Assembly (NCBI GenBank): GCA_965226495.1
Contig: OZ245365.1
Span: forward strand, 3,904,001-3,968,000
Source: Candidatus Marinacidobacterales bacterium
GTDB taxonomy: Bacteria > Acidobacteriota > Vicinamibacteria > Marinacidobacterales > DATDRI01
DNA: 64,000 nucleotides
Direction of reading: 5' to 3'
Positions 19,898 to 30,015 of this stretch are shown piece after piece. Each line of letters starts with the position of its first letter. Within the stretch, counting starts at the first letter, position 1. The position numbers were made by a program, and so were the translations under genes. The notes beneath the pieces were generated by a model. The model was given only the letters and a program-made list of their open reading frames with translations. It ran no database searches and was not told the DNA's origin.

Positions 19898-21786
19898 GCG
19901 ACACCCTTCCCAAGCTGCTTCTAGAAAACGCTCGCCACTCGGGCGAAAAAGTAGCCTTGCGAAAAAAAGAATTTGGCATCTGGCAGACCCTCTCTTGGAA
20001 CGAGTTCCTGGAACGGGTGCGGAATTTCTCCCTCGGACTCGTTCACCTTGGACTCGAACCGGGGGACAAAGTCGCTATCGTCGGCGATAACCGACCGGAG
20101 TGGATCATTGCCGAGCTCGCCACGCAAGCCGCGGGTGGAATATCGATCGGTATCTATCAGGACTCGGTCGCTTCGGAAGTGCAGTACCTGTTGGACGCTT
20201 CCGACGCCCGGTTCATCGTCGCCGAAGACCAGGAGCAGATCGACAAGATTCTCGAGCTATCGGGCCAGTTGCCGAAGATCCAGAAGGTCGTCTACTACGA
20301 CCCTCGGGGGATGAGGAACTATCAAGAGTCGATCCTTCTGCCGTTCTCCAAAGTAGAGGACCTCGGTATCGAGGAAGGAAACACACATCCGGGCCTCTTC
20401 GAAAAAAACGTCGCGAATGTCAAGACGACCGATATCGCGATCTTCTCCACGACATCCGGAACAACGGCCAAGCCGAAACTCGCCATGCTATCTCACGCCA
20501 ACCTAATCAGCATGGGTCGTACGCTACCGATGGTGGATCCGATGAGCCCAGCGGACGAGTTTCTTTCCTTCCTTCCCTTGGCGTGGATCGGCGAACAAAC
20601 CTTCGCGATCGCCTGCGGCCTTTGTGTTGGTTTCACGATCAATTTTCCTGAAGAGCCCGAGACCGTTCAAGAGAATTTACGCGAGATTGGTCCACACACC
20701 ATGTTCTCGCCGCCCAAGATTTGGGAGAACATGGTTTCTCGCATTCAGGTCAAGATGGACGACGCCACCCGGCTCAAGCGAGCCATCTATGACTGGGCGT
20801 TGTCGATCGGATACCGAGCCGCCGATCGCCGTGTTTCCGGGGAAAGCCTGCCCGCATCGTTGCGCTGGCAGTACGCTTTGGCAGAGTATCTGTGTTTTTT
20901 TTGGATCAAGGATAAGCTCGGCCTCCGAAGATTGAAACGCGGCTACACGGGAGGAGCGGCGCTCGGCCCTGACATCTTCCGCTTCTTCCATGCTCTCGGC
21001 GTCAACCTCAAACAGATTTACGGCCAAACAGAGGTCTCGGGCATCTCGGCCCTTCATCGCGACGGCGACATCAAGTTTCAAACCGTGGGCTTGCCCATCC
21101 CCGAGACCGAAATACGGATCGCGGAAAACGGCGAGATCCTGACGAAGAGTGCGCGCGTGTTCTGCGGCTACTACAAAGATCCGGAGGGGACCAAGCAAAC
21201 GCTCGAAGATGGATGGCTCCGCTCGGGAGACGCCGGATACCTCGATGAGACTGGCCACTTGGTAGTCATCGATCGCGCAGCCGACGTCATGACGCTTGCC
21301 GATGGGACCAGGTTCAGCCCGCAGTTCATCGAAAACAAACTCAAGTTCAGCCCCTATATCAAAGAGGCCGTGGTATTCGGCGGCGACTGGCCCTTTGTCA
21401 CCTCTCTCATCACGATCGACTACGAAAACGCCGGCCAATGGGCGGAGAAGAGACGGCTCCCCTACACGACATTTACCGATCTGGCCCAGAAGGATCTCGT
21501 TATCGGCCTAGTACGTCAGCAGGTGGAGCGCACGAACCCGGACCTGCCGAAGGCGGCCCGAATCCGAAGATTCCTGTTGTTGCACAAAGAGCTGGATGCC
21601 GATGATGCGGAGTTGACCCGGACCCGCAAAGTCCGCCGCGGATTCGTCGGCGAGCGATACAAAGAGCTGCTCTCGGCTCTCTACAGTCAAGCCACGTCGG
21701 TCAGCGTCGGAACCACCATCAGCTACCAGGATGGCCGCACTGCAAACATCCAAACCAAGCTCAAAATAGAAACGCTGGAGACCTGA
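19894..21786 (+). CDS. Long-chain acyl-CoA synthetase (AMP-binding)
   Basis: TTSGTT, YGQTE, WLRSGDAG, ELTRTRKVRR. Confidence 0.9.
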   Translation: MSDTLPKLLLENARHSGEKVALRKKEFGIWQTLSWNEFLERVRNFSLGLVHLGLEPGDKVAIVGDNRPEWIIAELATQAAGGISIGIYQDSVASEVQYLLDASDARFIVAEDQEQIDKILELSGQLPKIQKVVYYDPRGMRNYQESILLPFSKVEDLGIEEGNTHPGLFEKNVANVKTTDIAIFSTTSGTTAKPKLAMLSHANLISMGRTLPMVDPMSPADEFLSFLPLAWIGEQTFAIACGLCVGFTINFPEEPETVQENLREIGPHTMFSPPKIWENMVSRIQVKMDDATRLKRAIYDWALSIGYRAADRRVSGESLPASLRWQYALAEYLCFFWIKDKLGLRRLKRGYTGGAALGPDIFRFFHALGVNLKQIYGQTEVSGISALHRDGDIKFQTVGLPIPETEIRIAENGEILTKSARVFCGYYKDPEGTKQTLEDGWLRSGDAGYLDETGHLVVIDRAADVMTLADGTRFSPQFIENKLKFSPYIKEAVVFGGDWPFVTSLITIDYENAGQWAEKRRLPYTTFTDLAQKDLVIGLVRQQVERTNPDLPKAARIRRFLLLHKELDADDAELTRTRKVRRGFVGERYKELLSALYSQATSVSVGTTISYQDGRTANIQTKLKIETLET

Positions 21787-22659
21787 GTGGACGTCTTTCT
21801 TCAGCTCACGATCTCGGGACTCAGCAATGGCATGATCTACGCGCTGATCGCGGTAGGATTCGTCATCATCTACAAGTCGAGCGACGTCATCAACTTCGCA
21901 CAGGGCGAGTTCCTTTTACTCGGAGCCTATATCGCGACCGCTTTCATCGCGCAGTTCGGTTTGCCGTGGAGTCTCGGCGTGCTCCTGACTCTCGCCGCGG
22001 CAATTCTGCTCGGACTCCTGGTCGAACGGCTCGTGCTCCGTCCCCTCATCGGCGAGCCCCTGATCTCCATGATCATGGTGACCATCGCCCTATCGGGCGT
22101 CCTGAGAGCGGTCGTCCTTGCGGTGTGGGGCACGAGACCGCGCCCCTTCCCGAATTTCATACCCTCCACGGAGATCGTTGCCGGCTCGATCACGTTGAAC
22201 GCCGACCGGCTGCTGATCATCGGCCTGACCGGTCTCCTCCTTGCTCTGGTGGGCCTTTTCTTTCGCTTCACGAGAGAAGGCATCGCCATGCGAGCGATCG
22301 CCGACGACCAACAAGCCGCGTTGAGTATGGGAATCAGTATCAGCCGCATCCTTGCGGTGGCCTGGGCGATGGCAGCAGTTTGCGCGGCAGTCGGAGGAAT
22401 TCTCCTCGCCAACATCGTGGGCGTCAGCCAAGAGATTAGCGCTATCGGTTTGCGAGTCTTCCCGGTGGTGATTCTAGGCGGGTTGGACTCCATCGCCGGA
22501 GCGATCGTTGGTGGAGCCATCATCGGTCTCCTCGAGACGTACACCGCCGGATACATCGGCCACGGCCTTAATATGGTCGTGCCCTTCATCGTTTTGATTC
22601 TGGTGCTCATGGTGCGCCCGTATGGCCTCTTCGGGCGTGTGAAGATCGAACGAGTTTAG
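21787..22659 (+). CDS. LivH-like ABC permease
   Basis: VINFAQGE, ILGGLDS; hydrophobic. Confidence 0.92.
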   Translation: MDVFLQLTISGLSNGMIYALIAVGFVIIYKSSDVINFAQGEFLLLGAYIATAFIAQFGLPWSLGVLLTLAAAILLGLLVERLVLRPLIGEPLISMIMVTIALSGVLRAVVLAVWGTRPRPFPNFIPSTEIVAGSITLNADRLLIIGLTGLLLALVGLFFRFTREGIAMRAIADDQQAALSMGISISRILAVAWAMAAVCAAVGGILLANIVGVSQEISAIGLRVFPVVILGGLDSIAGAIVGGAIIGLLETYTAGYIGHGLNMVVPFIVLILVLMVRPYGLFGRVKIERV

Positions 22660-22660
22660 C

Positions 22661-22877
22661 AGTGAGCGCGCATTGAGGGACGATAGGGTGCGCACAGATT
22701 CACTGCACCCGCGAGCAGAGCGAGCCCGGCCCGAGTGGGCCGACAACGGAAGGCCGAGCGAAGAGCGAGGCCAAGCGCGCGAAGGCAGCCATGAGCCCAT
22801 GCGGAGTCGCCCGTCGACGGAGCATGAGGCGTGGGGGTGGGGCCCCGCGCCACTAATAATAGCGAGCGCGCACTAAG
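22661..22877. repeat. About 200-bp structured intergenic element bounded by imperfect 17-bp direct repeats
   Basis: agtgagcgcgcattgag (22661-22677) vs agcgagcgcgcactaag (22861-22877); internal hairpins gggtgc..gcaccc, ggccc..gggcc, gcgtgggg..ccccgcgc. Confidence 0.55.
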
Positions 22878-22884
22878 ACACTCA

Positions 22885-23928
22885 ATGGAATCCGGGATCT
22901 TCTACACGACGTACCCGGCCGACATGGCCTTGAGACGCCGCGTCTTCGAAAGAGTTCGGCTGGCCCTTTTCATCCTTTTTTTGATTGTTTTCCCATTCTT
23001 CGCCACACCCTACGCGCTGAACCTCGCCAACCAGATTGCCATCGCAACCGTGGGTGCCATCGGCCTCAACATTTTGGTTGGCTACACCGGGCAAATCTCG
23101 CTCGGCCAGGGCGCTTTCATGGCCATTGGAGCCTATAGTGCTGGCATCTTCACGGCGCGATTCGGAATACCCTTTTGGCTGAGCATTCCGATAGCGAGCC
23201 TACTCACCGCCGCCATCGGCCTGCTATTCGGTTTGCCGTCGCTTCGCCTCAAGGGACTGTATCTGGCCATCGCGACTCTCGCCGCCCAGCAGATCGTGGA
23301 GTGGACGGTGACGCACTGGACCGGATTGACCGGAGGCACCGAAGCGTTAGTGGTGCCCAAGCCCACGCTGTTCGGGGAGCCCGTCAACAGTGGTTTTCGT
23401 TTTTATTGGATCTCGGCCGGGCTCGCAGGCTTGACCGCACTCTTTACCGCGAATCTCTTCCGATCCCGCGTGGGTCGCGCTTTCGTTGCAATTCGCGATC
23501 AGGACATCGCTGCAGGTGCCCTCGGCGTGAACGTCTTCTACTACAAACTGCTGGCCTTTGCGACGTCTTCTTTTTTCGTCGGAATGGCCGGAGCCTTACT
23601 CGCTCACTACCGCACCATCGTGACGTGGGAGCCCTTCACGCTCGAGACCAGCATCCGCTATCTGGCCATGATCATCATCGGAGGGTTGGGAACGATTGTC
23701 GGTTCTTTTTTCGGCGCGACGTTCATGGTGTTGCTCCCCGCCGCCATCACCACCGTGGGCCGCAGCCTTCAAACCACGGCCCCCGCCGTGGCCAGCCTTC
23801 TGCCGGCCGCCCAGCAAGCAGCCTTCGGGATCGTCATTATCCTCTTCTTGATATTGGAGCCGGCGGGTCTCGCCAAATTGTGGAAGAACGTCAAGAACTA
23901 CTTCCGCGTTTGGCCCTTTTCCTACTGA
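22885..23928 (+). CDS. LivM-like ABC permease
   Basis: GYTGQISLG, LRLKGLYLAIATL, IIIGGLG. Confidence 0.92.
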   Translation: MESGIFYTTYPADMALRRRVFERVRLALFILFLIVFPFFATPYALNLANQIAIATVGAIGLNILVGYTGQISLGQGAFMAIGAYSAGIFTARFGIPFWLSIPIASLLTAAIGLLFGLPSLRLKGLYLAIATLAAQQIVEWTVTHWTGLTGGTEALVVPKPTLFGEPVNSGFRFYWISAGLAGLTALFTANLFRSRVGRAFVAIRDQDIAAGALGVNVFYYKLLAFATSSFFVGMAGALLAHYRTIVTWEPFTLETSIRYLAMIIIGGLGTIVGSFFGATFMVLLPAAITTVGRSLQTTAPAVASLLPAAQQAAFGIVIILFLILEPAGLAKLWKNVKNYFRVWPFSY

Positions 23929-24186
23929 GAGCTGCAATTTAATTCACTTTGGGGCTAAAAAGCACCACCCGTTCGGCACACGCTAAACATTTCTCCACCC
24001 TCCAGATCACCTGAGTCTGTGGGGATATCCCCGCTCTATCTTTTTCTGGACACTTGCGAGCTGGCTTTCGTTATAATCGGACGCTGATTTCTCACTGCCC
24101 GCATCGGGCACTGCTATGTCTTACCTACCGAGTTCTCGAATACCCGTTCTTTCCGCTGCGCACCGCCATCAGAAAGGAACGCTGTC

Positions 24187-27100
24187 ATGAAACCATCGCT
24201 AGATTGTCGAATCTCCAAGTCTCAAGTGCTCGCTCTCTTACTCACCTTCTTGGTTGGCTGGTCTCATGCAACGGCGCAAACTCGCGAGCGGCGCAACTTC
24301 TACGGCATGCACAACCTGAAGGACGGCGGTACTTCCATCCCCGAGGGCATGAACTGGACCCGGCACATGGTCGGCGAGGGGGGTTGGGTCTTCGACTGGG
24401 TGCGTGGGGACTATGGCAAGTGGGTCGTCGACGCGATGGATCGCGGCCTCATTCCCGTCCTGAGAGTTCAAGATTGCAACGGAGGATGCGATCCAAACGA
24501 CGGGCATCCGGGAAACGTGGCCGCCATCATCCGACAACACCTCGAAACGCATCGCCCCGAATATCTCGACCGACTTGTTTATTTCCAGATCTGGAACGAG
24601 CCGGGAGACTCGCGCGATTTCGTGAGCCCGGCCCGTTATGCCAGTCACCTGGTGGCGGCCTACGACGGGGTCAAGCGAGCCGATGCTAACGACGTTTTCC
24701 GCGTCATGACACCGGGCCAAAATGGCGAAGGGTGGTGGCAAGAAGCGATACGTGCCGTCCCCGCCGTTTGCCAGGCCTTCGATGTTTGGGCCACCCATCC
24801 CTACCCGGAGTCGTACCCTCCTCGCTACAACCACCACGACGGCGTTCCCTTCATCAACCAAGTCAAGACCATCGACAGCTACCTACTCGACCTGGACGTG
24901 GTAGGGCGTGTCTGCGACGAGGTGGGCTCACCCCGGCGGGGCTTTCCGGTCATGATCACAGAGACCATCTACGGAAACCATCTCGGGATCTCGTTCGAGG
25001 GCTACCCCAAAACGACGCGCGGCGCTGCCTGCAGCCCGGATGGACCCTGCGACTTCCAGATGGCGGCCGAGTACAACGTGGCGGCGTTCACTCAGTTTTG
25101 GCACAACTGGCCGGAAGTCCTGGCCGTGCACCCCTTCATCCTCAATAACTTGGCATGGGATCACTTTGCCTTCGTCAGCAAAACGAGTGGCTCGCGCGAC
25201 TCCGATCCGATTCCGCCATGGTGTCCGCCCCAGGATCCCGGAGCTCAGACGTCGTGGCCCCCCGAGTATTCCGAGGGTGCGCAGCGATGTGGACTTCCCG
25301 ACTTCCCCTACCCACAGTACGTCGCACTCCTTCAGACTCCGAAGCCCCTGCCGGCTAGCCTCGAACCGTATCGGGGACCGGTAGGGAGCATCCGCGGGTT
25401 TCTTCGGCGCAGTGACACCGGCGAGCCAGTCAAGTACGGCACGGTCTTCACCGATGGGCGTGAGTTCGGCGGGCCTTCTTTGTTCGACGGTCAGTACGCC
25501 ATCAACGATGTTCCGCCGGGCACATACACCCTAAGCGTCGAGAAAGTAGGCTACCGATCGGAGTCAACCACCGTCACAGTCCAAGAAGGTCAGGAGGCCC
25601 GGGTGGACTTCAATCTTCTCTTCCTGGGGAAAGTGTCCAAGGGTATCTACTTCCAGAACCAAGGCACGTGCAGTGACTGTGATCTCTTTGGCCCCTTTCT
25701 GGGCCAGACGATCACAATTCCGGAGGACGTAGGTTTCATCAAGTTCGTGGCCGGCATGCCCAACGTCGGCAACCTGACAATCAAATTCTCCGTTCTCGAG
25801 GGCGGCCCCTCCGGCCCCCAAGTGGGCCCCTCCGTGACCGCTCCCCTCGAGTGGGGAGGCGAGATGATCGGCGTCGAGTTCCCTGGCGACGGCGTTCCTG
25901 TCGAGCCCGGCCAGACCTATTTCGTCAAGATGGAAAGGACCGACGGGCAAGGCGTCTACATGTATGCTACGGACTCTAATCCCTACCCCGATGGCATCGC
26001 CTACCGCGGAAACGATCCTCTTCCTGGAATCGACCTGTTCGCGACCGTGCGCGGGAACACGGTAGCCATCAACAGCGTGGCGGGTAGTATCGAGGGCCGG
26101 GTCGAGGACGCGGGCAACTTACCTCTCGCCGGCGCCCGCATCTCCACGAATCCCGGCAACCACACCACCACGACCGACAACGGCGGACAGTATCTTTTGA
26201 GTGGGATACCGGCCGGGATCTACCGGGTCACCGCGTCGCTGGCCGGATTCTCGTCCCAGACGGTGGACGACATCCTGGTGGTCGAAAACCAGACCACCAC
26301 CGCGCAGTTCACTCTGGAAAAAGACATCAGCACCGGAGCCGTGACCGGTACAGTTCTGGATCCGACAGGCGCTCCCATTTCCGATGCCACGGTGCAGCTC
26401 CTTCCCGGTGGTCCTTCGAGCGTTACCGACTCCGCCGGAAGCTATTCGCATACCGGACTCGCTCCGGGAACGTATGACATGCGCGCAACCAAGACCGGAT
26501 TCGTGGCTGACGAGCGGAGCGGAGTGCAGATCGTCGGTGGCGAAACGACCAGCGTCAGCTTTCAATTATCGCCCGAGCCGATGCCACCTTTACCCGACAA
26601 TCTCATCGCCAATGGCGACTTCTCTCAGGGACTCGACGGCTGGTCGGTCTGGGTGGAGCGCGGAGATCTGAACCCAACGATCAACGGAGGCGGCACGGTC
26701 CATCTCTCAGCGACTGGACACAACGGCGGTGTGTATCAGACTTTCGAAACCGGTGGAGCCGGGAACACCATCGATGTTTCCGGCTCATGGGCGAGCGAGC
26801 CGACCATCGCCCAAGCGCAGTGGGCCGAGGTCCTCGTCATCAATGGTTCGAATCTCCCCGCGAACGGAGTCGATCTAAATGAAAACACATCCGGGGTCGT
26901 TATGATCTACAAGAACGACACCTGGACCTCGCCCGGCGGATGGTCCGGCGAAATGAATCAAACGGCTCCCGTCAACCAGACGGGTTCGTTCGTGGCGACC
27001 GGCGATGCCGCCACCATTGTGCTCAAGAGCGGGAACCTACTCGGAGTGAGCTCGGGGACCCTGTTCGACGACATCGTAGTCCGTGGTCCTGCCGTCGTTC

Positions 27101-30015
27101 CTCCGCCGCCTCCTCCTGATAATCGACCACCGATATCCGCTGTCACTGCCGATCCCACATCAGGAGTTGTGCCCTTGACGGTGAGCTTCGACGGTTCCGC
27201 GTCGACCGATCCCGATGGCGACGCATTAACCTTCAATTGGACCTTCGGCGACGGAGAACAAGGCTCGGGCGTATCGGTGAGCCACACGTATGCGTTATCG
27301 GGGACGTTCACCGCGACGCTCGCCGTTACCGACGGTCGCGGTGGTTCCGACACGAGCTCGGTCGTCATCACGGTAAGCGACAGCGTACCGCCACCGGTGC
27401 CTCCTTCGGTGGAATGGGACGCGCGACTGGACACGCTAGGGGTGTTCTTGGAAGAGGCGGATGTTGCGGCCGGCACCTTCTACTGGAAGCTCGTGAGCGC
27501 GGACTTCGAGAGCGATGGAGAAGTCCTGCCGCCACCGGGAGGAGGAAACGAGTCCGGGGGCCGACACGCGGTTTTTGTGAAAGCCCTCAACGAAGGCGGC
27601 AACCCCATCGAAAATCAGAAAGTCATCGCCTCTTGGCCCACCGGAAACCCGACCACCGCTGTCGAAGTGTTTACGAAGGGCCCGTTCGACAACTTCTGGG
27701 GTGACTTCCCCATGTCCGGTGGAAATTGGTGCCCCTCCTTCCCCGAGGGTCCTCGCGGTCCTTATGGCACTTACATCGGCGACGCCCGAAGCGACGCGGT
27801 GTGGGGCATGGCCATGCCGTGTAACCGTCACGTGAGCTTTCGGCTGGTTTGGCAGTGGACACAGAAAACCGGGGGCGATCAAAACGACCCGCCGCTCGCC
27901 TCGGCCTCGGCCAATCCCATCAACGGTAACGCCCCGCTCGTGGTGACGCTCGACGGAAGCGTCTCGAGTGATCCGGACGGGGATCCGTTGACGTACACGT
28001 GGAGCTTCGGGGACGGGCAAGCCGGCGCCGGCGCCATCGTCTCCCACACTTATGAGCAAAGTGGATCGTTCGACGCCACCCTGACCGTGGACGACGGGCG
28101 AGGCGCTAGCGCTAGCACAACGATTCGTATCGAGGTCGGGAGTATGGCGAACGCACCTCCCATCGCCTTCGCTTCCGCCAGCACGAACAGCGGCACCCTG
28201 CCCTTAACCGTGACCTTCGACGCTAGCGGCTCCTCCGATCCCGATGGCGACCCGTTGAGCTACTCATGGGATTTCGGTAATGGCCAACAAGGCTCCGGGG
28301 TGAGCGTCGCCCACACCTACGACCTCGCCGGTACTTTCAACGTGCATCTCACCGTACAGGATGGGAGGGGCGGCACCGATACCTCCGGCATCACCGTCAC
28401 CGCGATCTCGCCGGGAGGTGGAAACGCGAAAAGCAAGCTCACCATCCACGCTGGTTTCGGAGGACCTCTCTCCATGCAATTCGTGGCCGAGGCCAAGCCG
28501 CGCATCATCAAGATCCTGGATTCCTTCAGCGCGGCTCCCGAGATCAAACGCATTTCACCCGAGACCCAGATCATTGGCCGCGCCTTTCTCGCCAACCAGC
28601 CGATGGATGGAGACCCGATCCAACGAGCGCGCGAGTGGTGGAGCCAGAACGCCAACCTAATCCAACAGTTTCCAGACGTGGACTACTGGGAAGGCTACAA
28701 CGAGCCCATCATCCAGTCGGTGGAGCTGATGGGTTGGTTTGCCCAGTTCGAAGCGGAAAGGGTACGGATCCTAGCCGCTAACGGATTGAAGGCCGTCATC
28801 GCAAACTTCTCGGTGGGTAACCCCGATCTACCCCTATGGCCGGCGTTTTATCCCGCCATCGACGCCGCCATCGCCCATGGAGGGATCCTGGGACTCCACG
28901 AGTACGGCACTCCCATGCAACAACACTTCGACTTTGCGAGCGGAGAAGGATGGTTCGCTGGTCGTTACCGGAAGGTGTACCGCCAGTTCTTGATACCGGA
29001 AGGAAAGGTGATTCCTCTCGCCATCACCGAGTGCGGGGTGGATGTGGTCCCACCGGTGGGCTGGAAGAATCACTTCACCGAGGCGGAGTACCTCGATCAG
29101 CTCAAGTGGTACGACAGCATACTCCTCGAAGACGACTATGTTCTTGGAGCCACCATCTTCGCACTCGAGATACCGGGCTGGGGGAGCTTCGATATCGCCC
29201 TCATCGTCGATGAGCTCAGCGCCTACGTCGGCTCGCAAACGCTGCCGCCACCTCCCCCGCCCCCACCGAATGGCGAGCCCGACGCGATCGTCGAGTCGGT
29301 GTCCGTGGTGCCGGCCCAACCCGAACAGGGACAGGTAGTCACTTTCACCGCCACGGTAACGAATGTCGGTGGTGCTTCTACACCGGCCGGGGTTCCGATC
29401 GGGGTCGGGTATTTCGTCGACGGCGACTACAAGAGCTACGGCATCACGTCCGAGCCGTTGGCTGCGGGCGCCAGTGTGACGCTTTCGACGCAAGGCGGTC
29501 CCTGGACGGCGACCTCCGGAGCCCACACGCTCACCGCCTTGGTGGATGACATCAATCGTTTCGCCGAAAGCAACGAAGGGAATAACGAGCTCACCACGAG
29601 CTTCGTGGTCGCCGTACCCACTCCTGGTCCGGGACTACCCGATGTGATCGTCGATTCGGTCACGGCTGTTCCCGCTCAGCCGAGTCCAGGAGAGCAAGTG
29701 AGCTTTCACTCCGTCGTCCGGAACGTCGGGACGGCGGCGACCCCGTCCGGTGTCCCGGTGGGTGTCGCTTACTTCATCGATGGCGCGTACCAGACTTGGG
29801 GATCTGTGACGAGCTCCTTGGCTCCGGGCGCCACCGTCACTATCACCACTCAAGGAGGGCCTTGGGCCGCCGTTGCCGGCTCGCACCAGCTCACGGCGTT
29901 GGTTGATGACGTGAATCGCTTCACCGAGGCGAACGAAAACAACAACTCCACCTCGGCGACGCTAACCGTGGGGTCTTCGGGACCCCCCCCGCGCGGGTCA
30001 ACCTTTACGGCATGA
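24187..30015 (+). CDS. Secreted multidomain protein: two clan-A-like glycoside hydrolase modules, carboxypeptidase-regulatory-like repeats, CBM-like module, 3 PKD, 2 CARDB
   Basis: Signal peptide; WNEP...ITE and YNEP...ITE pairs; three GSxSxDPDGDxLxxxWxFG PKD repeats; two PDxIVxSV...ExNExNN CARDB repeats; poly-Pro linkers. Confidence 0.8.
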   Translation: MKPSLDCRISKSQVLALLLTFLVGWSHATAQTRERRNFYGMHNLKDGGTSIPEGMNWTRHMVGEGGWVFDWVRGDYGKWVVDAMDRGLIPVLRVQDCNGGCDPNDGHPGNVAAIIRQHLETHRPEYLDRLVYFQIWNEPGDSRDFVSPARYASHLVAAYDGVKRADANDVFRVMTPGQNGEGWWQEAIRAVPAVCQAFDVWATHPYPESYPPRYNHHDGVPFINQVKTIDSYLLDLDVVGRVCDEVGSPRRGFPVMITETIYGNHLGISFEGYPKTTRGAACSPDGPCDFQMAAEYNVAAFTQFWHNWPEVLAVHPFILNNLAWDHFAFVSKTSGSRDSDPIPPWCPPQDPGAQTSWPPEYSEGAQRCGLPDFPYPQYVALLQTPKPLPASLEPYRGPVGSIRGFLRRSDTGEPVKYGTVFTDGREFGGPSLFDGQYAINDVPPGTYTLSVEKVGYRSESTTVTVQEGQEARVDFNLLFLGKVSKGIYFQNQGTCSDCDLFGPFLGQTITIPEDVGFIKFVAGMPNVGNLTIKFSVLEGGPSGPQVGPSVTAPLEWGGEMIGVEFPGDGVPVEPGQTYFVKMERTDGQGVYMYATDSNPYPDGIAYRGNDPLPGIDLFATVRGNTVAINSVAGSIEGRVEDAGNLPLAGARISTNPGNHTTTTDNGGQYLLSGIPAGIYRVTASLAGFSSQTVDDILVVENQTTTAQFTLEKDISTGAVTGTVLDPTGAPISDATVQLLPGGPSSVTDSAGSYSHTGLAPGTYDMRATKTGFVADERSGVQIVGGETTSVSFQLSPEPMPPLPDNLIANGDFSQGLDGWSVWVERGDLNPTINGGGTVHLSATGHNGGVYQTFETGGAGNTIDVSGSWASEPTIAQAQWAEVLVINGSNLPANGVDLNENTSGVVMIYKNDTWTSPGGWSGEMNQTAPVNQTGSFVATGDAATIVLKSGNLLGVSSGTLFDDIVVRGPAVVPPPPPPDNRPPISAVTADPTSGVVPLTVSFDGSASTDPDGDALTFNWTFGDGEQGSGVSVSHTYALSGTFTATLAVTDGRGGSDTSSVVITVSDSVPPPVPPSVEWDARLDTLGVFLEEADVAAGTFYWKLVSADFESDGEVLPPPGGGNESGGRHAVFVKALNEGGNPIENQKVIASWPTGNPTTAVEVFTKGPFDNFWGDFPMSGGNWCPSFPEGPRGPYGTYIGDARSDAVWGMAMPCNRHVSFRLVWQWTQKTGGDQNDPPLASASANPINGNAPLVVTLDGSVSSDPDGDPLTYTWSFGDGQAGAGAIVSHTYEQSGSFDATLTVDDGRGASASTTIRIEVGSMANAPPIAFASASTNSGTLPLTVTFDASGSSDPDGDPLSYSWDFGNGQQGSGVSVAHTYDLAGTFNVHLTVQDGRGGTDTSGITVTAISPGGGNAKSKLTIHAGFGGPLSMQFVAEAKPRIIKILDSFSAAPEIKRISPETQIIGRAFLANQPMDGDPIQRAREWWSQNANLIQQFPDVDYWEGYNEPIIQSVELMGWFAQFEAERVRILAANGLKAVIANFSVGNPDLPLWPAFYPAIDAAIAHGGILGLHEYGTPMQQHFDFASGEGWFAGRYRKVYRQFLIPEGKVIPLAITECGVDVVPPVGWKNHFTEAEYLDQLKWYDSILLEDDYVLGATIFALEIPGWGSFDIALIVDELSAYVGSQTLPPPPPPPPNGEPDAIVESVSVVPAQPEQGQVVTFTATVTNVGGASTPAGVPIGVGYFVDGDYKSYGITSEPLAAGASVTLSTQGGPWTATSGAHTLTALVDDINRFAESNEGNNELTTSFVVAVPTPGPGLPDVIVDSVTAVPAQPSPGEQVSFHSVVRNVGTAATPSGVPVGVAYFIDGAYQTWGSVTSSLAPGATVTITTQGGPWAAVAGSHQLTALVDDVNRFTEANENNNSTSATLTVGSSGPPPRGSTFTA

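Noticed and set aside
27121-29970. Internal DNA repeats in the giant gene as a mobile or recombination feature
   Set aside because: Explained by diverged PKD and CARDB domain repeats
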